A stretch of 63,721 nucleotides of DNA, counting the filler, from Phoronis australis (taxonomy: Eukaryota; Animalia; Phoronida): the NCBI GenBank assembly GCA_002633005.1. It is 10 parts of 10 records of this genome, joined end to end, with 100 filler letters (N's around TTAATTAATTAA, not from the genome) between each part and the next. Parts side by side here need not be neighbours in the genome. Positions count along the whole stretch, not along the records: positions 5,406 to 37,055 come from NMRA01000051.1; 9 more parts are not named here. One strand, written 5' to 3'. The translations under genes were made by a program, and so were the position numbers. The notes below the pieces were generated by a model. That model had not been told where the DNA came from and ran no database searches. It worked only from the letters and a program-made list of their open reading frames with translations. Positions within the stretch are counted from its first letter, which is position 1. Every line of letters starts with the position of its first letter. Positions 12,850-25,809 of this stretch are shown piece after piece.

Positions 12850-15800
12850 ACTAAGAAAGTATGTCGAAATTGACAAATTTAGGATTTTGGTCTTATAGCC
12901 GAAAAACTCATTCAGAGGCTCAGACGCAGTTACTACTTACATGTAATATCGTCGGTTTTTGCGAAATGTTTCCGCTTGCCGTGTTCATCAAATTACGTGT
13001 TTGTTATTGCTTATTCTACGAGGGTTATTTCTGTTCTCGGAAACTGATCTCGTTCTTACGGGTAATAACATGCTCTCCATTTCGGTTATTTGCTTATACA
13101 TCTGTGAAAGTGTCCGGTGGTCTATCAATTACATTGGACCTCTATCCCTACTTTCTTCAAAATCCAAGCATGTCAGGTATCTAATCTCCATGCCTGCCGA
13201 GTGTAAAACTGAAGCCCAGAAATAATGTTTACTAGCGCTTTTTCTCGTTTCTACTCCAATTATTGCATGTTATATTTTTCGTAATAAACATTTTAAAAAA
13301 GTGAACCTGCGCCCTTTTAGAATATCATGTTAGTCAAACTAAAGTTATTCGTTACAAAATGAACTTGAATCCAATTTAACCATCATCATTAAATGGAAAA
13401 TACAAAAATGGAAGGATATGCAGGAAATATCATTTTAAGACATGCACTTATACAAATGATAGCTCTCGCACCTATAAACGGAACTTGGGCGGCTACATGC
13501 GACACTTGAGTACCGTTTCATTTGTGAAAACTGCGTCATGTCGGATAAAGGTGCATGTACCTAGAAACGTGCTCATACCGTAAGACGGAAACTTCAGAAT
13601 AACTACAAAAATAATCTTTTAGGAGATATTGATTTTTGAAAGTTGTGTTGTCCTTATCTTCAAAAATAATCATTGTCGAGGCAAAGAAAATTGTTAATTT
13701 TCCACTGTCTTAAAATTTCAAAACATATTTAATGTAAGGCTACTGAAATAACAAACTGCGTTTTAGTTACATGATCGCTAATTAACCTATTGGAATCCTT
13801 TTGAGCTCCAACTACTAGATATTTATCTACCTCTTGTAGATTACTGTCATAGATAATAAAGTGTTGAGATTTTAATCCATGATTTGAACGAGCTGAAAGG
13901 TATTTTTTTCAGAAGCAACATACGCAGCTCCCGAAAAACTGAAACGTACCGTACTCGTCCGGGTTACCGCCCAACCCAAATTTTTATGATCGACACCTCC
14001 TTAAAAGTGTGTGTGCTTTTGTGAACGTTCGTCTCGCAAAACTAAAATTCCAAAACGTGCGCAACTCGCTTACCTTTCAATGACAATCATCAGTTTCAGC
14101 GGAACCGGGAACTTGCCTTAATATGGCGGTAAAATACCCTTATTCTCAAGCTCTTTACTGAAGGAGACACAATTGTTTCATTTGGCTCACGTGCTGAACT
14201 CGTGTTTGCATGTACTGATAACTGAGACAGCACTTGTCGAATGTATTTCATTGCGGTGGAAGAACCAACAAAGCGGTATTTGATAAGAATTTCAAGTCCG
14301 TGGCCTTCCTTTTTGGATTCCCCTGACAGTACACGAAACATCACCACCCAGAGCAATGAAATAAAAAAACACGAGTACTCTCGGCTGGTAAATAACCAAA
14401 GATTTTGGAAACTCCATCGACTTTATTTTGGACGCATTGTTTTGAATACAAGCAGATACGGGCCATTCTTCCGTGTCTTCGTTAAACGCATGTTTTTTAA
14501 TGACTCACTGCTGACACCATAATGGAAGCGCCGAACCAAAAGCAACAGCGCAAGAAATCAACTTGTAATTAAGCGCAAGTCGAACATTCTATCCACATCT
14601 ACGTGGTCAAAAACTAATTTTTTTAACTCTTGATTTGCCTGTTGACTTTTTACATGATGTGTTTTTTGCTTTTCGCAGCCCACTAGCCACCCCTATTGCC
14701 TAATAGTAGTGGCGTCCGATTGTTGAGCATGCGCTTTGAACAAATTCTGGGAGGTCGATGTTGGCTGTTCAACGCCGAAAGAAATATACAATGTGTATAA
14801 AATGTTACATTGTTCAAACTAGGTTCAAAGTATTTAGAAGAAAGACCGGCTGTCAATCATAGGCACATGTTTGGTTGCCAAAGTAACTAGCGGTAGCATA
14901 TCTTCACAAAACCACCTGCTTCCCTTAGCAATACTTGACGATCTAGCGTAGTCTTGCGTGATCTTGCTTTTCTCTCAAGAAACGTGCCTTACTGAAGGCA
15001 CGTCTATCTGTAAGAATACCTTAGTTCCAAGACGTCACGAGCAGCGACCGAGGTACGTAAAAACCCAATCACGCTCGGGGATCACGGCGCTACTGTATCG
15101 TGTGCGCTATTCCACTTCAGACCGTCGAAATCCATTACTTCAAACCGCCGACGTATATTTTAACTGACATGCTTGAAGTCCGACGTCAGTGTAGCTCCGG
15201 GTAAAATCGATCCTTTGTGCAGTAAGCACCGACTCCCGACTTTTCAGAAATTTCGATTTTAACTACCCATTCTCCGCTTACCGCCCACCCCCTGTTTTTT
15301 AGCGCCCTGGACAGTAACCCGGACGAGTACGATAATATAATTTTTAATTTTATCAACCTTAGAGTCAACTTAAGGTGTTGGAACAACAACTGCGACCCGT
15401 CTACACTTAGGTTAGATAAGTAATCAGTTCATTGATAAAACTGACCACGAATCATTAACAAATCTACTGCGCAATAAAATCATTGCGTTCCACAAACCAA
15501 GCTCTATCGGCACAAGGTCGTCCATTTCCGTGTGACGTTGTCGTGAACTTATACTACTTTTAACTTCATGTATATACATTTTGCAGAGATTCTCAATAAT
15601 AAGTGTATTTGAAGAAACTGATGAGAGAAGTGAAATTGACATATTCAGAAATTGATGTTTTTTCTAAAAGCCTGATCAGGCACGGTATCAAATCTAACTT
15701 TCTTTGTTCAACGTGTCTACTACTTTTCAATTTTAAACCCTTTGTTAATTTATAGATAACGCGTGTCGTGCGTTGTTTTTCATTTTCTGCTCATGTCCAT

Positions 15801-16616
15801 GTTGATAAAAACAACGATGAATTTAAATCGTCTTGACATGTTTATTAAGCACCATCCTCACAAGAAAAAACTGTGGCCACCTTGCAAAGCCCAACAACAA
15901 GTAATCATACACAAGGCACAGTCAGTTACAGACGAGTAACAATAGACTAGACTAACAATGACAACCTGTGGTGTGCCAGTTGTCTGTAAGACTGGGCGTA
16001 CACCAATTAATGTGTAGAGCCTCACGAGTTTTCAGCTCTTTTGTTATTTCTGCTTGATCTATCCTGTAGACAGTAGTAACTACAAGTACTTTAGAATGTC
16101 CCGTGTTGTTAACATTGAAATCTCCAAAACCGTCCAATTTGTTTAACCCTAGAGACAAAACTGTTATGGGTCTACGGTCCAGGTTTATCTGGACGTAGCT
16201 CCAGTTCTATTGGCGAAACTAACAGCCATCTGAAAACACGGACCAGGGAACATCTAAATTCTGAAAGTTCACATATCAATATTCATTCACAGAGCTCCAA
16301 TCATTGTAATGAGCAGTGCTCTTTCAATGACGTTGCTATGATAGACCAAGCAGAAACAACAAGAGAGGTGAAAATTCGTGAGGCTCTACATATCAATTGC
16401 TGAAAGCACAGTATCAATAGGCAACTGGCACACCACAGGTTGTAATTGTTAGCCTAGTCTATTGTTATATACTCCCCTGTATTGGTCTGTGTCTGTGCTT
16501 CATTACATGTTGTAGTGCCTAGCAAGGTAGCCACTGTTTTTGCTTGAAATGAAGGAATTTTAATAAGCGCAGAAACATGTCACGCCGATTTAAATACAAC
16601 GTTGTTTTTATCAACG
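15801..16616 (+). mobile_element. Penelope-like retroelement remnant (GIY-YIG C-terminus) with inverted duplication of its 3' part
   Basis: Plus strand ~16210-16430 gives TNSHLKTRTREHL..H..IDQAETTREVKIREALHIN..SINRQL; 15801-16065 is an inverted copy of ~16338-16616. Confidence 0.75.
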
Positions 16617-16794
16617 TAGGCTTCTACTTGTTGTCATGGAGATCAATTCGATGTACTTTTCCAACCATAGTATATTTATGCAATAAAACTAAACATCCAA
16701 GACAACGAAGTTTTACTTCTCCTAAAATCTTGACGTATGACGCAGCACATTTGATATTTGATTTTCATATTTTAGCACCTCCTTACATAGTCCC

Positions 16795-17768
16795 CAATGG
16801 CAGATCTCGGATATCACAAGGGGGGGCAACATTTTTTCCGGCTGGAAGCATTTGCGCAAACTGAACCACGATTGTAGATGCGCATAGCACCGAATGGGGG
16901 GAGGTCGGGAGGGGGGTTTGCCCAGGAAATTTTTCTGTTTATACCTCTAAAAATCAAGCATTTTCCTTGATTCCTGCAGTATTATCCAAGAAAAAAAGGC
17001 AAGAAAAAAAAAACACGGAGAACGTGTCAAACAGGAAAAAATGCATGTACCAAAGACTCGAAGACACGACCTGGCGTATAGAGCGCGCGTACGTTACCAC
17101 TACACCACCACGACTTAACTACTAATCTAATACTAAAAGACCTACTTGTTTATGGGCCACAGCGTTTGCGCGCGAAACCTACTTCTTTTTGTTATGCTTA
17201 TTACACGTTTTATATTTTGTGCCATCAATTCTTAACAAATTTGTCGTATTTGAAATAGTCTTCAAATGCCTAAAAGACCAAATCCATTTTTCGTGTTGGC
17301 AATAATGACGGGATTGCTTTGGAAATCGTCTTAAGAGAAGGTTTGACAAAGAGAGAATTGCAAGTTTCTGAGTGATTCACTAAGGCTTCGATTAAAATTC
17401 ACATCTTACCAGCAGCGTTTGTTTTTTTCATCGTCACTCAGGTTCCATTTTCTTTAAAAAATGAAGTAAATTTTCTTCATTGCACAGTGGAGCAGACGAC
17501 GGAAACGGAGTCGTAGTGCGAAGCGCCACTGCCGGTCGCCGAGGATATCTCGGGAGATCCATAGTTCCGTTATGAATGCGCCGTGTTCCGAATTTGAGCC
17601 CCCCCCAACACTAGAACTGCACACATTTAAATCTTTTTTCATCCGTATAGTTTTTATTACCGGGGTTAATTAATAAACTCGATATTTCCCTACGCTCTTA
17701 CTGTTTTATTTTTTTGCGGCAGCCAAGGGGGGGGGGCGGGCCCCCTGGGCCCCCCAAATACGCCTATG
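16795..17768. mobile_element. ~970-bp non-autonomous DNA element containing a tRNA-like segment
   Basis: G-rich imperfect TIRs (CAATGGCAGAT / ATACGCCTATG), near-duplicated flanks AGTCCC/GTTCCC; 17446-17730 recurs at ~61090-61345. Confidence 0.6.
17042..17114 (-). other. tRNA-derived sequence (pseudo-tRNA)
   Basis: Minus strand has A-box TGGTGTAGTGG and a TTCGAGTC T-loop at tRNA spacing, but the acceptor and anticodon stems pair poorly. Confidence 0.45.
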
Positions 17769-19896
17769 GTTCCCTACTGCAAAAGAAAACTTTCAATTTG
17801 GCGTCTTATTCTTTAAAAGCGTCTTTAGCGCAAGCTAATTATGTGGTAACACCAAAGCCTTACCCATACGGATGTAAGTACGGAGAATGACAAATATTGT
17901 ATGGAGTGAGCGTGTCGCACACAGTCCTAAAACCTCATATCAGTCGCCTTGCGGGAATCTAAACTGCAAAGAGTGTGAGCATGAAATTTTAATTGTTGTC
18001 GGATTTTATGACAGACAACCGTATCTGATAATAAAGTAAAAACTGTGATGGACGCGTACCTTATCTTCAAGTGAAGTGTCTGACTTCGATAAAAAAACCC
18101 ATTTACATCAAGTTGCCTAAGCTACCAGGAAGCATTGGATATGTTCTATAGATTAACGATGTTATGGTTACCTTCAACGACTACTTGTGTCGCTGTTACT
18201 GTAATTGTTATCTTAAAATAACGATATCATATAGAAGAGATAGCCGTAATTTGAATGTGCAACGATAATGACCTTGTTCAAGTTTAGAGTTGCTGACAGT
18301 GAAAATGGACGAGACCTTCTCACCTACTCTGGTACATTGCGTAGATATTTCAGTCAGGTCAAAGTCAACCCAAACACGAACTTTCTTAATTAAGGAATGT
18401 TTCATTGCACGCTACTAAACGTAATATGCAAAGAGAACAAGCATATTCATAGAAAACCGTTCAACCCAACGCAAAAACTAAGCCAAATAACTAACAATGT
18501 CAGCTTATGCTTCTGGTCCAAATGCATCTGTAGTCGATTGCTAGACGATCACATCCATTTGCCCACCACAATTATTTTGTGTTACGTTTTCTAGTACTGC
18601 CTTAATCATTGTCTCGGGCAATTATGCAAGGGACTAGTTCCATATTTGCTTATAGAATGAGCACGGAGACTTCATAAGTTCTTAACTACGAAAAAATAAG
18701 TAGCCATGTAAGACTATATCGACAGTAAGCTCCAGCGAAACGTATCCCTTTTTTAAAACCCCAATAGATACAGAAAGCCAACAGCTGTTGCAATGTCCTA
18801 AACTTTTTCATTTATGACTTGGTCTTTTGGATGCAGCAGATGACGCTTAGCCTATTAAGTGCTACGTAGAAAGATGGCGTTGGTTTCAAGACGTGTTGTG
18901 TAATTTGCGGCCACATTACTAGTCGATATTTGGCAACCCTAAGACACATTTCGCATGGCCAACCACATTTTGGCACATTAAATATCTCCTCAATATTTTC
19001 CGATATTGGACGGACGAGATCATTTTCTTCGTTGCCTTAATGTGTGACCAGATGGTCCTTGGCTTCAAAAGAAACTTTTTAGTTTAAACGCCATACTAGT
19101 GGCAACTGTCTCTTTTGTTACGACCAAATTTGAAAACCAGTTAAAACATTTCATTTGGCCTACATTCTTTCACACACTTATATGTAACGCTGCGTCAATC
19201 TCCAGATGTGCGTTGATAGGCAGTTTTAATCTCAGTCGAAATCCGCCACCGGCAAGTTTAATCGCTTGTTTTTAGTCCGATAATCATTACGTCGAATGGC
19301 AACATGGCCGGATCAGAACCCTCGGATTTGACACTCTTAGATAAAGCCCCCAATCACAAGAAAACGAGACCCATACTCTTCCGGGTTTACGCCTATATAA
19401 GAAATATACCGAATATTCCTCTTCGATAAATAACTTCCACGACTACTTTCTCTACTACAGCGTGCTTCTTTTGACAAGAATCCCTACAAAAGGGTACCAA
19501 TGAAACTCCAAGAAAACGTTCTTACAAAATCTGTATTCTTTAAGTTTGACTGTAAAAGATTTGTTCACTTTTTCTTAATGTATCTTCTGGTATTGTTTCA
19601 AGCTGGCCAACATTCCCTACGAAAGGATCAGGATTACGGAATTACCTTTATATGTACTACATTTTCCAAATGGATGGATATCTTAGTTTTCCAGTTGCAC
19701 CTCCCACAAATATAGTCGAATACCCCAGGATACTGTTTGCTAAAAGCCACTCTCACAATAAGATAATCGGAAGCAAATTATCACGTTAGTTTACATAGAA
19801 ACGACATTATTGTCGCGGTAAACAGGTTAAAAGATACCGTACCGACAAGAAGGTTTTAAATTGGCAAGTCACCAACCGTTTACAACTAACAGAAAA

Positions 19897-21649
19897 ATGT
19901 CAGGTTTTTTCTTCTTTCATTTCTCCTTAAAGCAGGTAAATTTATATCTATTTTCATATTGTTTATTACACTCAAAGTCAATGAATATACATATATTAGG
20001 TTGACAAAAAATGTATTTCAGAGTTTTACCTGAATGTGGATTGTGCGTCCTCAGATCTGTAACAAAACAGGAGGTGCCATTATTATATAACTTTCCTTAG
20101 CAAAGCATTTACATTAATATGCACCAGAGAAGGATAAGGCAGACAAAACTTTGCGCCAGCGTCTGTGTTCATAGGTGCATCCCTCTTTCTGACAGCATAT
20201 AGGTGTTTTAGCAGAGTCAATCTGATATAAAAAATCCAGTTTACCTCCAGCATCAATTTGAATGCCTTGAGTGACCACATGTCACAAATAAGAAGCAGTA
20301 CAGCTTTCTAAGTGTTGGCAAACTCCCTAAAAGATAGTAGTCTTTTGAAGGCATTTTTAACCGATATTCTAAACACCCTGCTCTGACGTGGGTATATTCA
20401 ACCTTGGCTGAGACAGTTTGAGACATTAGGAATCTTGATTTGAATTGAAATTTCATGCACAAAACCCTTATATGACCTTTTACTACCATTTTTATCACGC
20501 TCATTCCATTCAACTCATCCTTTTCCGTACGACGTCATAGAGTACATGTAAAAGTAATGTACTCGACAACGGCACACGAAAATGAACGAAATTCGTATCG
20601 AACGAGCATGATTGTAATGTGGCTCTGCACTAGTTACGATTTCATTAATCGACGATCACGTCTTCATGCAATATTTTATATCAAAAATTTTAATTACTGT
20701 TTTCATTCATAGTTATGTAAAATTAGCAGTGTCGAGATGGGATAAATAAAGCAATATAGAAACAGGTAAAACGCTTAAAATCCGCTGAAATATTAATTAA
20801 AACACTAGCTTTGGAGCCTAATGGGTGCGGCCCTTTATCAGATATGAAGACAAATGGCACGAAGTACTTTCTAAACCCAACCTGTTGAAAAATACAAAGG
20901 GCCGGACCCATTAGACAAAGTTAGTGTTTTTGTTAAATAATTTCTACCGGATCTTACAATGTTTTACCATCCTCCATATTGATTTCACCCAAAAACTCAT
21001 AAAAATCTGAAAATCAGCCAGTTCGATTTATTTAGAATATGAAAATTGGTTAAATTGGTTTTTGAATTTTTGTTTGTGCAGCAAAAGTTCATATGAATAC
21101 TGAATATCACTTCAATAAAAATGGTATCCAAGAAACGCAAATGCGCGCAAGACTATTCGCAAAATGCTCAGTAAGCTTTATATAACGATATCGTAATTTT
21201 TTCAATCCTCAGAAATGACACAAAAATAATTCAAATATCGCCATTATCAGGAATATCCATGAGCCCCGTTGCAATGCGTATACATTCAAACCAGAGTGTC
21301 ATTACTTTAGGAACAACCTACAGAAAGAATATTTTGGTTTGGAGTTAATTCTTGTTTTTAAAAGCAATTAAAGAGTGGATTGTCAGATGGCCCAATAAAC
21401 TCTGGAACTTTCTAGGAATAAAGTATACTTAAAAGAAGTAGCGTTTCAAGAATGCGGTGTTTATCACAAATTACTTTAGAATGGTTCACTGGCTTGGTTA
21501 GAAAGGCCCTTAGCTTAAGTATCGCGCATTTACTGTAGGACAGGCGATGCGTTGTGGGTAATGGAATTATCACATGATAAAATTGTAATGTCTGCAATCT
21601 GCAACAGTAAGACCCTAGAAATTAATTCTCATACGATCTTCTTTTGTAG
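19897..21649 (+). pseudogene. Decayed signal exon + LRR ectodomain directly upstream of the mucin ORF
   Basis: Exon ending RFFLLSFLLKA G|GTAAAT at 19935 (ATG out of frame by 2 nt); phase-1 acceptor at 20021 giving FYLNVDCASSDL*; later fragments SQIRSSTAF*VLAN and LSQITLEWFTGLVRKALSLS (21461-21520); N*FSYDLLL*FLR near 21620 resembles a decayed LRRCT. Confidence 0.4.
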
Positions 21650-21696
21650 TTCTTGCGTCATCAGTCCATAGAGGAACAAATGTACGATCGTTCAGG

Positions 21697-22866
21697 ATGA
21701 TACTACTCGTTCTGTCAAGCGTCTCGCTAATTGGACCAGTAAATACAAACGCCACCTTCAATGACACATCCACAACAACAAGCACACAACACTCAACCAG
21801 CGTGGACAGTACAACTACTACTGACACACCAACAACCGCACCACACTCAACAACAATTGTCACGACTGTCACTGACCCATCTGCAACAACAAGTGCACCA
21901 TACTCAACCGGCGTGGTCAGTACGACTACCACTGACCCACCTGCAACAACAAGTGCACCACACTCAACAACCGGCGTGGACAGTACGACTACAACTGACA
22001 CACCTGCAACGACAAGCGCACCACAATTGACAACCGACGTGGTCAGTACGACTGTCACTCACCCACCTGCAACAACAAGTGCACTACACTCAACAACAGG
22101 CGTGGTCAGTACGGATGTCACTGGCCCACCTGCAACAACAAGCGCACCACAATCGACAACTGGCGTGGTCAGTACGACTACCACTGACGTACTTGCAACA
22201 ACAAGAGCACCGCACTCAACAACAGCTGTGGTCAGTACGACTACCACTGACACACCGACAACAACAAGTGCGCCACACTCAACAACAGTTATGGTAAGTA
22301 CGACTATCACTGACCCATATGCAACAACAAGTGTACCACAATCGTCAACCGTTGAGTACAGTAAGGCTGGCACTGATCCATCTGCAACAAAGAGTGCACC
22401 TCACTCAACAACGGGTGTGTTCAATAAGACAACAACAAACATGGCAAGCAAGTACAGCAAGGACAATGCAACCACTTCCACAGTGACAACTGCACCAAAC
22501 TCAACAACCAGTTCTATGAACTTTACATCTTCCAACGCGTCTGTTGCACCTGGAAACCACTCTGAAACACAAACTCCAACAAATTTTCCCAACACCTCAG
22601 CACCACTTGCAACACGCATCTACACTTCACCACCCGAAACACCAGCAGGTCTGAGTGGCGGTGAGATAGCAGCCATCAGTGTATGCAGTGCGCTCGCGGG
22701 AATTGGGCTGGTCGCTGGTGCTATCCTCCTTTTTGTCAAGAAGCCGTGTAGCAAGACTGGCGTGTCTCCGGAATCGGGAAACGAACAGGAAAATTTGTTT
22801 CGATTGCAAGATCATGAAAAAAGTGAAAAGACAGATCATCCAGAAGCAGACAAAGAAAAGGTGTAG
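21697..22866 (+). CDS. Thr/Ser-rich mucin-like type-I membrane protein (389 aa)
   Basis: Hydrophobic N-terminus MILLVLSSVSLIG, ~21-aa repeats (TTGVVSTTTTDPPATTSAPHS), several N-x-S/T sequons, TM segment GLSGGEIAAISVCSALAGIGLVAGAILLFV followed by KK and a short charged tail. Confidence 0.8.
   Translation: MILLVLSSVSLIGPVNTNATFNDTSTTTSTQHSTSVDSTTTTDTPTTAPHSTTIVTTVTDPSATTSAPYSTGVVSTTTTDPPATTSAPHSTTGVDSTTTTDTPATTSAPQLTTDVVSTTVTHPPATTSALHSTTGVVSTDVTGPPATTSAPQSTTGVVSTTTTDVLATTRAPHSTTAVVSTTTTDTPTTTSAPHSTTVMVSTTITDPYATTSVPQSSTVEYSKAGTDPSATKSAPHSTTGVFNKTTTNMASKYSKDNATTSTVTTAPNSTTSSMNFTSSNASVAPGNHSETQTPTNFPNTSAPLATRIYTSPPETPAGLSGGEIAAISVCSALAGIGLVAGAILLFVKKPCSKTGVSPESGNEQENLFRLQDHEKSEKTDHPEADKEKV
21770..22430 (+). 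repeat. Coding ~60-63-bp tandem repeat (mucin stalk)
   Basis: About 10 copies of CACTCAACAAC..GTGGTCAGTACGACT..CACTGAC..GCAACAACAAG. Confidence 0.9.
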
Positions 22867-24176
22867 TTGTGTCAAACTATCGAAATGAGTTGAATGCCGT
22901 TTGCAATATTTGTTCCACTGATTGGACGATAAATTTTGTATTGACACCTGTTCCTTTCTTTTTAACAATTCAAAGGAAACGAAACTCACCAACCGAAACT
23001 TTTTGTCGTCATAGTAGCAAACCGACCAGTAAGCTTATGTATTTACGTTTTATTATTGAATTATTGTACACAAGCGGTGCTTGACTCATACAGGACTCAT
23101 GTCGAACATAAATTTATTTCTCACCTCCTTTGTGACTACTGAGGTGATCTTAGGAAACCTGGAGTAAGTTGTGGAATGCTTTCAAAAACAAGAGATGAAC
23201 AGATATGATAGGGCTGTTTAAAATTTTTATCTCTTGCTGTATGCCAACTTTATGGTAACACTGTTGCTACAACTGAGTTACCAACCTCTTGGCGTGATCA
23301 GTAACTGAGTGACTGATAAACGTAAGGCAGTACAGTAGTGGCTGTTTTAAAAGAGGAAACGACAACGAAAAACTATCGCTTGCGAATTTGCTGGATAATT
23401 ATTTTTATAGAAATTTTAAGCTTCATGTATTGTATTATTTTATACTTTATAATTGTATATGAATATCAAAATACGTGTACATTTAATATAAAAAACAAAA
23501 CAAATTGTTGATCTCTAAAACACGAGTAAGCATTGGACTGTAAAACAATAAAACATTTTAATCAGTTGTTTATAGCATCTTGTTAAAGCAGTGAATTATC
23601 ATAAAGTATATCTTAATTAACATAAAAGTTCTCGTTGTGTACTGCGTTGGACAGATAGGACAGAATGGAGTCTGCGATCAGGTAGATCTTTGGTGTGTCA
23701 GGAAGTCTTATTGCCATCGCAGGTAGGCAACCATTTAAACGCAATTTGTTCACATTAACAATCGATCGTGAGTGAAAAAAAACAAAAAATTTGGGAACAT
23801 CTCGAAAATAGCATTCTTAAGTCAGTTGTGTAAATTCGCATAGTTTTTTACAAGCGCTTGTTATGTGATTTTGATGGAGATGATGTCCCGGAATCACTCA
23901 ACTTCATTAGAAGCTCCACTCGAATAGTGAGCAATCGGTTTCCATGCTTGACTTGAACTAAGAGTCTTTAGCCCATATTACGTTAAGTATTTGAATTGAG
24001 ACGGGTCGAGTGCCGGGTAAAATTTGGGGATCAAGTTCTATTGGTGTCTGAAAGAGAAAAGTGAATAAGAATGCATTCAACAAATGTATTTACACATTCT
24101 ATGTACATTGCTTGCGACAATTTCTCATACACTCCATTTTTCAACTTTTGAGCAGAAGTAACTTCAGGACAACAGA

Positions 24177-24949
24177 ATGAAACAATGGTGCAACACCCAA
24201 CACCAACCTAACTCGCACAACACCTGTGGAACTGAGCAGCACCTCTTCGCTGGTACCTACAACACCTCCACCGCTACACAACCAACAACCTCGACGATGC
24301 CAACACCAACACATCCCACAACATCCGGTTTGCAAGAGATCGTGTCATTAACAACTGTAAAAACACCTTCAAAAACAATGACAGCTGCAGCAGATTCGTT
24401 GACAAGCCAAAGAACCACATCGCAAGGATCAGAGACAACTGCACAAAGCGTAGGGACAAGAACGATTTCAAGCTCAACAGATCAAACATCAGCCCACGTG
24501 ATAGCTACAACAGGAGCAACGATAACAACAACAGTAGCAATAGCAGCAACAGCAGCAATAGCAGCACCATCTACAACAGCCACAAGAGCACCAACATTGA
24601 CGCCAACAGATTTATCAATGAGCACGACAACGACGTCAAATATAACAGATCAAACATCGGCGCACGCGACAGCAACAGCAACGATAACAGCAAAAACAGC
24701 AACATCTACAACAGCCATCAGGTCTACAACATTGCCACCAGCACATTGATCAATAAGCGCAAACACTACAGAAAATGCTCGGACAACGACTTAAAAAAAA
24801 CAAGACAAAACGATGGGATTTCTAGCTCTGCAGTCATCACCGTAGGTTCAATTGCCTTCATCGCTCTGGCGTCTGACTTAGTTCTGTTAGTAGTCAGAAA
24901 AACATGTCACCGCCGGCGACCAACAATAACAGTAGTTGAGGAAGGATGA
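24177..24949 (+). pseudogene. Second Thr-rich stalk + TM gene remnant with stops and a frameshift
   Basis: 190-aa Thr-rich frame stops at 24747-24749 but Thr-rich codons continue (SISANTTENARTTT*); TM-like GISSSAVITVGSIAFIALASDLVLLVV-RK lies in a shifted frame after an A-run. Confidence 0.6.
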
Positions 24950-25809
24950 TAGGTCAGAGTTGGTTTAAATAATTACCAAATTAACACCTGTTTAGAGCCC
25001 ATACCTGAAAATAAAACGAGATATCTGCAATCATAAATTACATAATTATAAAAAATCGGGTTTGGTATTTATTTCCTATAAAATAGCTCTCATAACATTC
25101 CTTGGCGTGATAGGAGTATATTTGTGTTACCAACAAGAACATCTGCAGCTATTGAAGAAAACGCTTCCGACTGGAGTTGGCCTTGGACCACTTCTGAGTG
25201 ACGGCCAACCTTAAAACCGTGTACTTTAAAATGGCGCATGATAACGGAAATGGAATCCTATTACGGTAAAAAATATTATGAAGCAGGCTGAATGACAGCG
25301 AAAGGCCTATTTTTACCTTAATTTTAAGAAAGCGAAACAGGGCAAAATTCAGGTTTAATAAAGGAGTGGTAACTGAAAAATTGACGGAACCCTTATTACA
25401 GGAGCCAAACTAATGCTACGACTCTCAACAAAATATTATACACGCAACGCCAAACTTAGCAGGCCAAGTTTTTAGTATAGATATCAGTGATGGATGGTAA
25501 GTGTACAGTTTAACCTCCACGTTAATGGTTCGTTTTGCGCGAAAAGAATTCTTGTGGTGCGTTGGTTTGGGGAGAACTGTAAGACTTGCACTTCGTGGTG
25601 AGTGTACTGTGATGCGTGGTAAGGCCAGGTTACTTAGATCAAAGCAAATAGTTGTAGTTTACAACGTTTGTGATTGATTAATGCTCTGCAAGACAGAGTA
25701 GCTCAGTGATTTTAGCGGCCAGGTCGGACTCCTAAGATTGAAATAAAATACATAATGTTCGAAAAATCATAAAGTTTCATTTATTGATGTGTGTCTGACA
25801 GTAGTTTTA

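Noticed and set aside
18050-19000. Minus-strand RT remnant (GFKKGY, TRVGEKVSSIFTV)
   Set aside because: No YADD or KAFD motif, and the plus strand reads equally well as an LRR relic; left unassigned.
21770-22430. CRISPR-like regular spacing (also 39870-39973 and 58527-58670)
   Set aside because: Whole units repeat with no unique spacers; the context is eukaryotic and there are no cas genes.
21615-22619. Val-rich minus-strand and Gln-rich alternative-frame ORFs
   Set aside because: Shadows of the ACA-rich mucin repeat.
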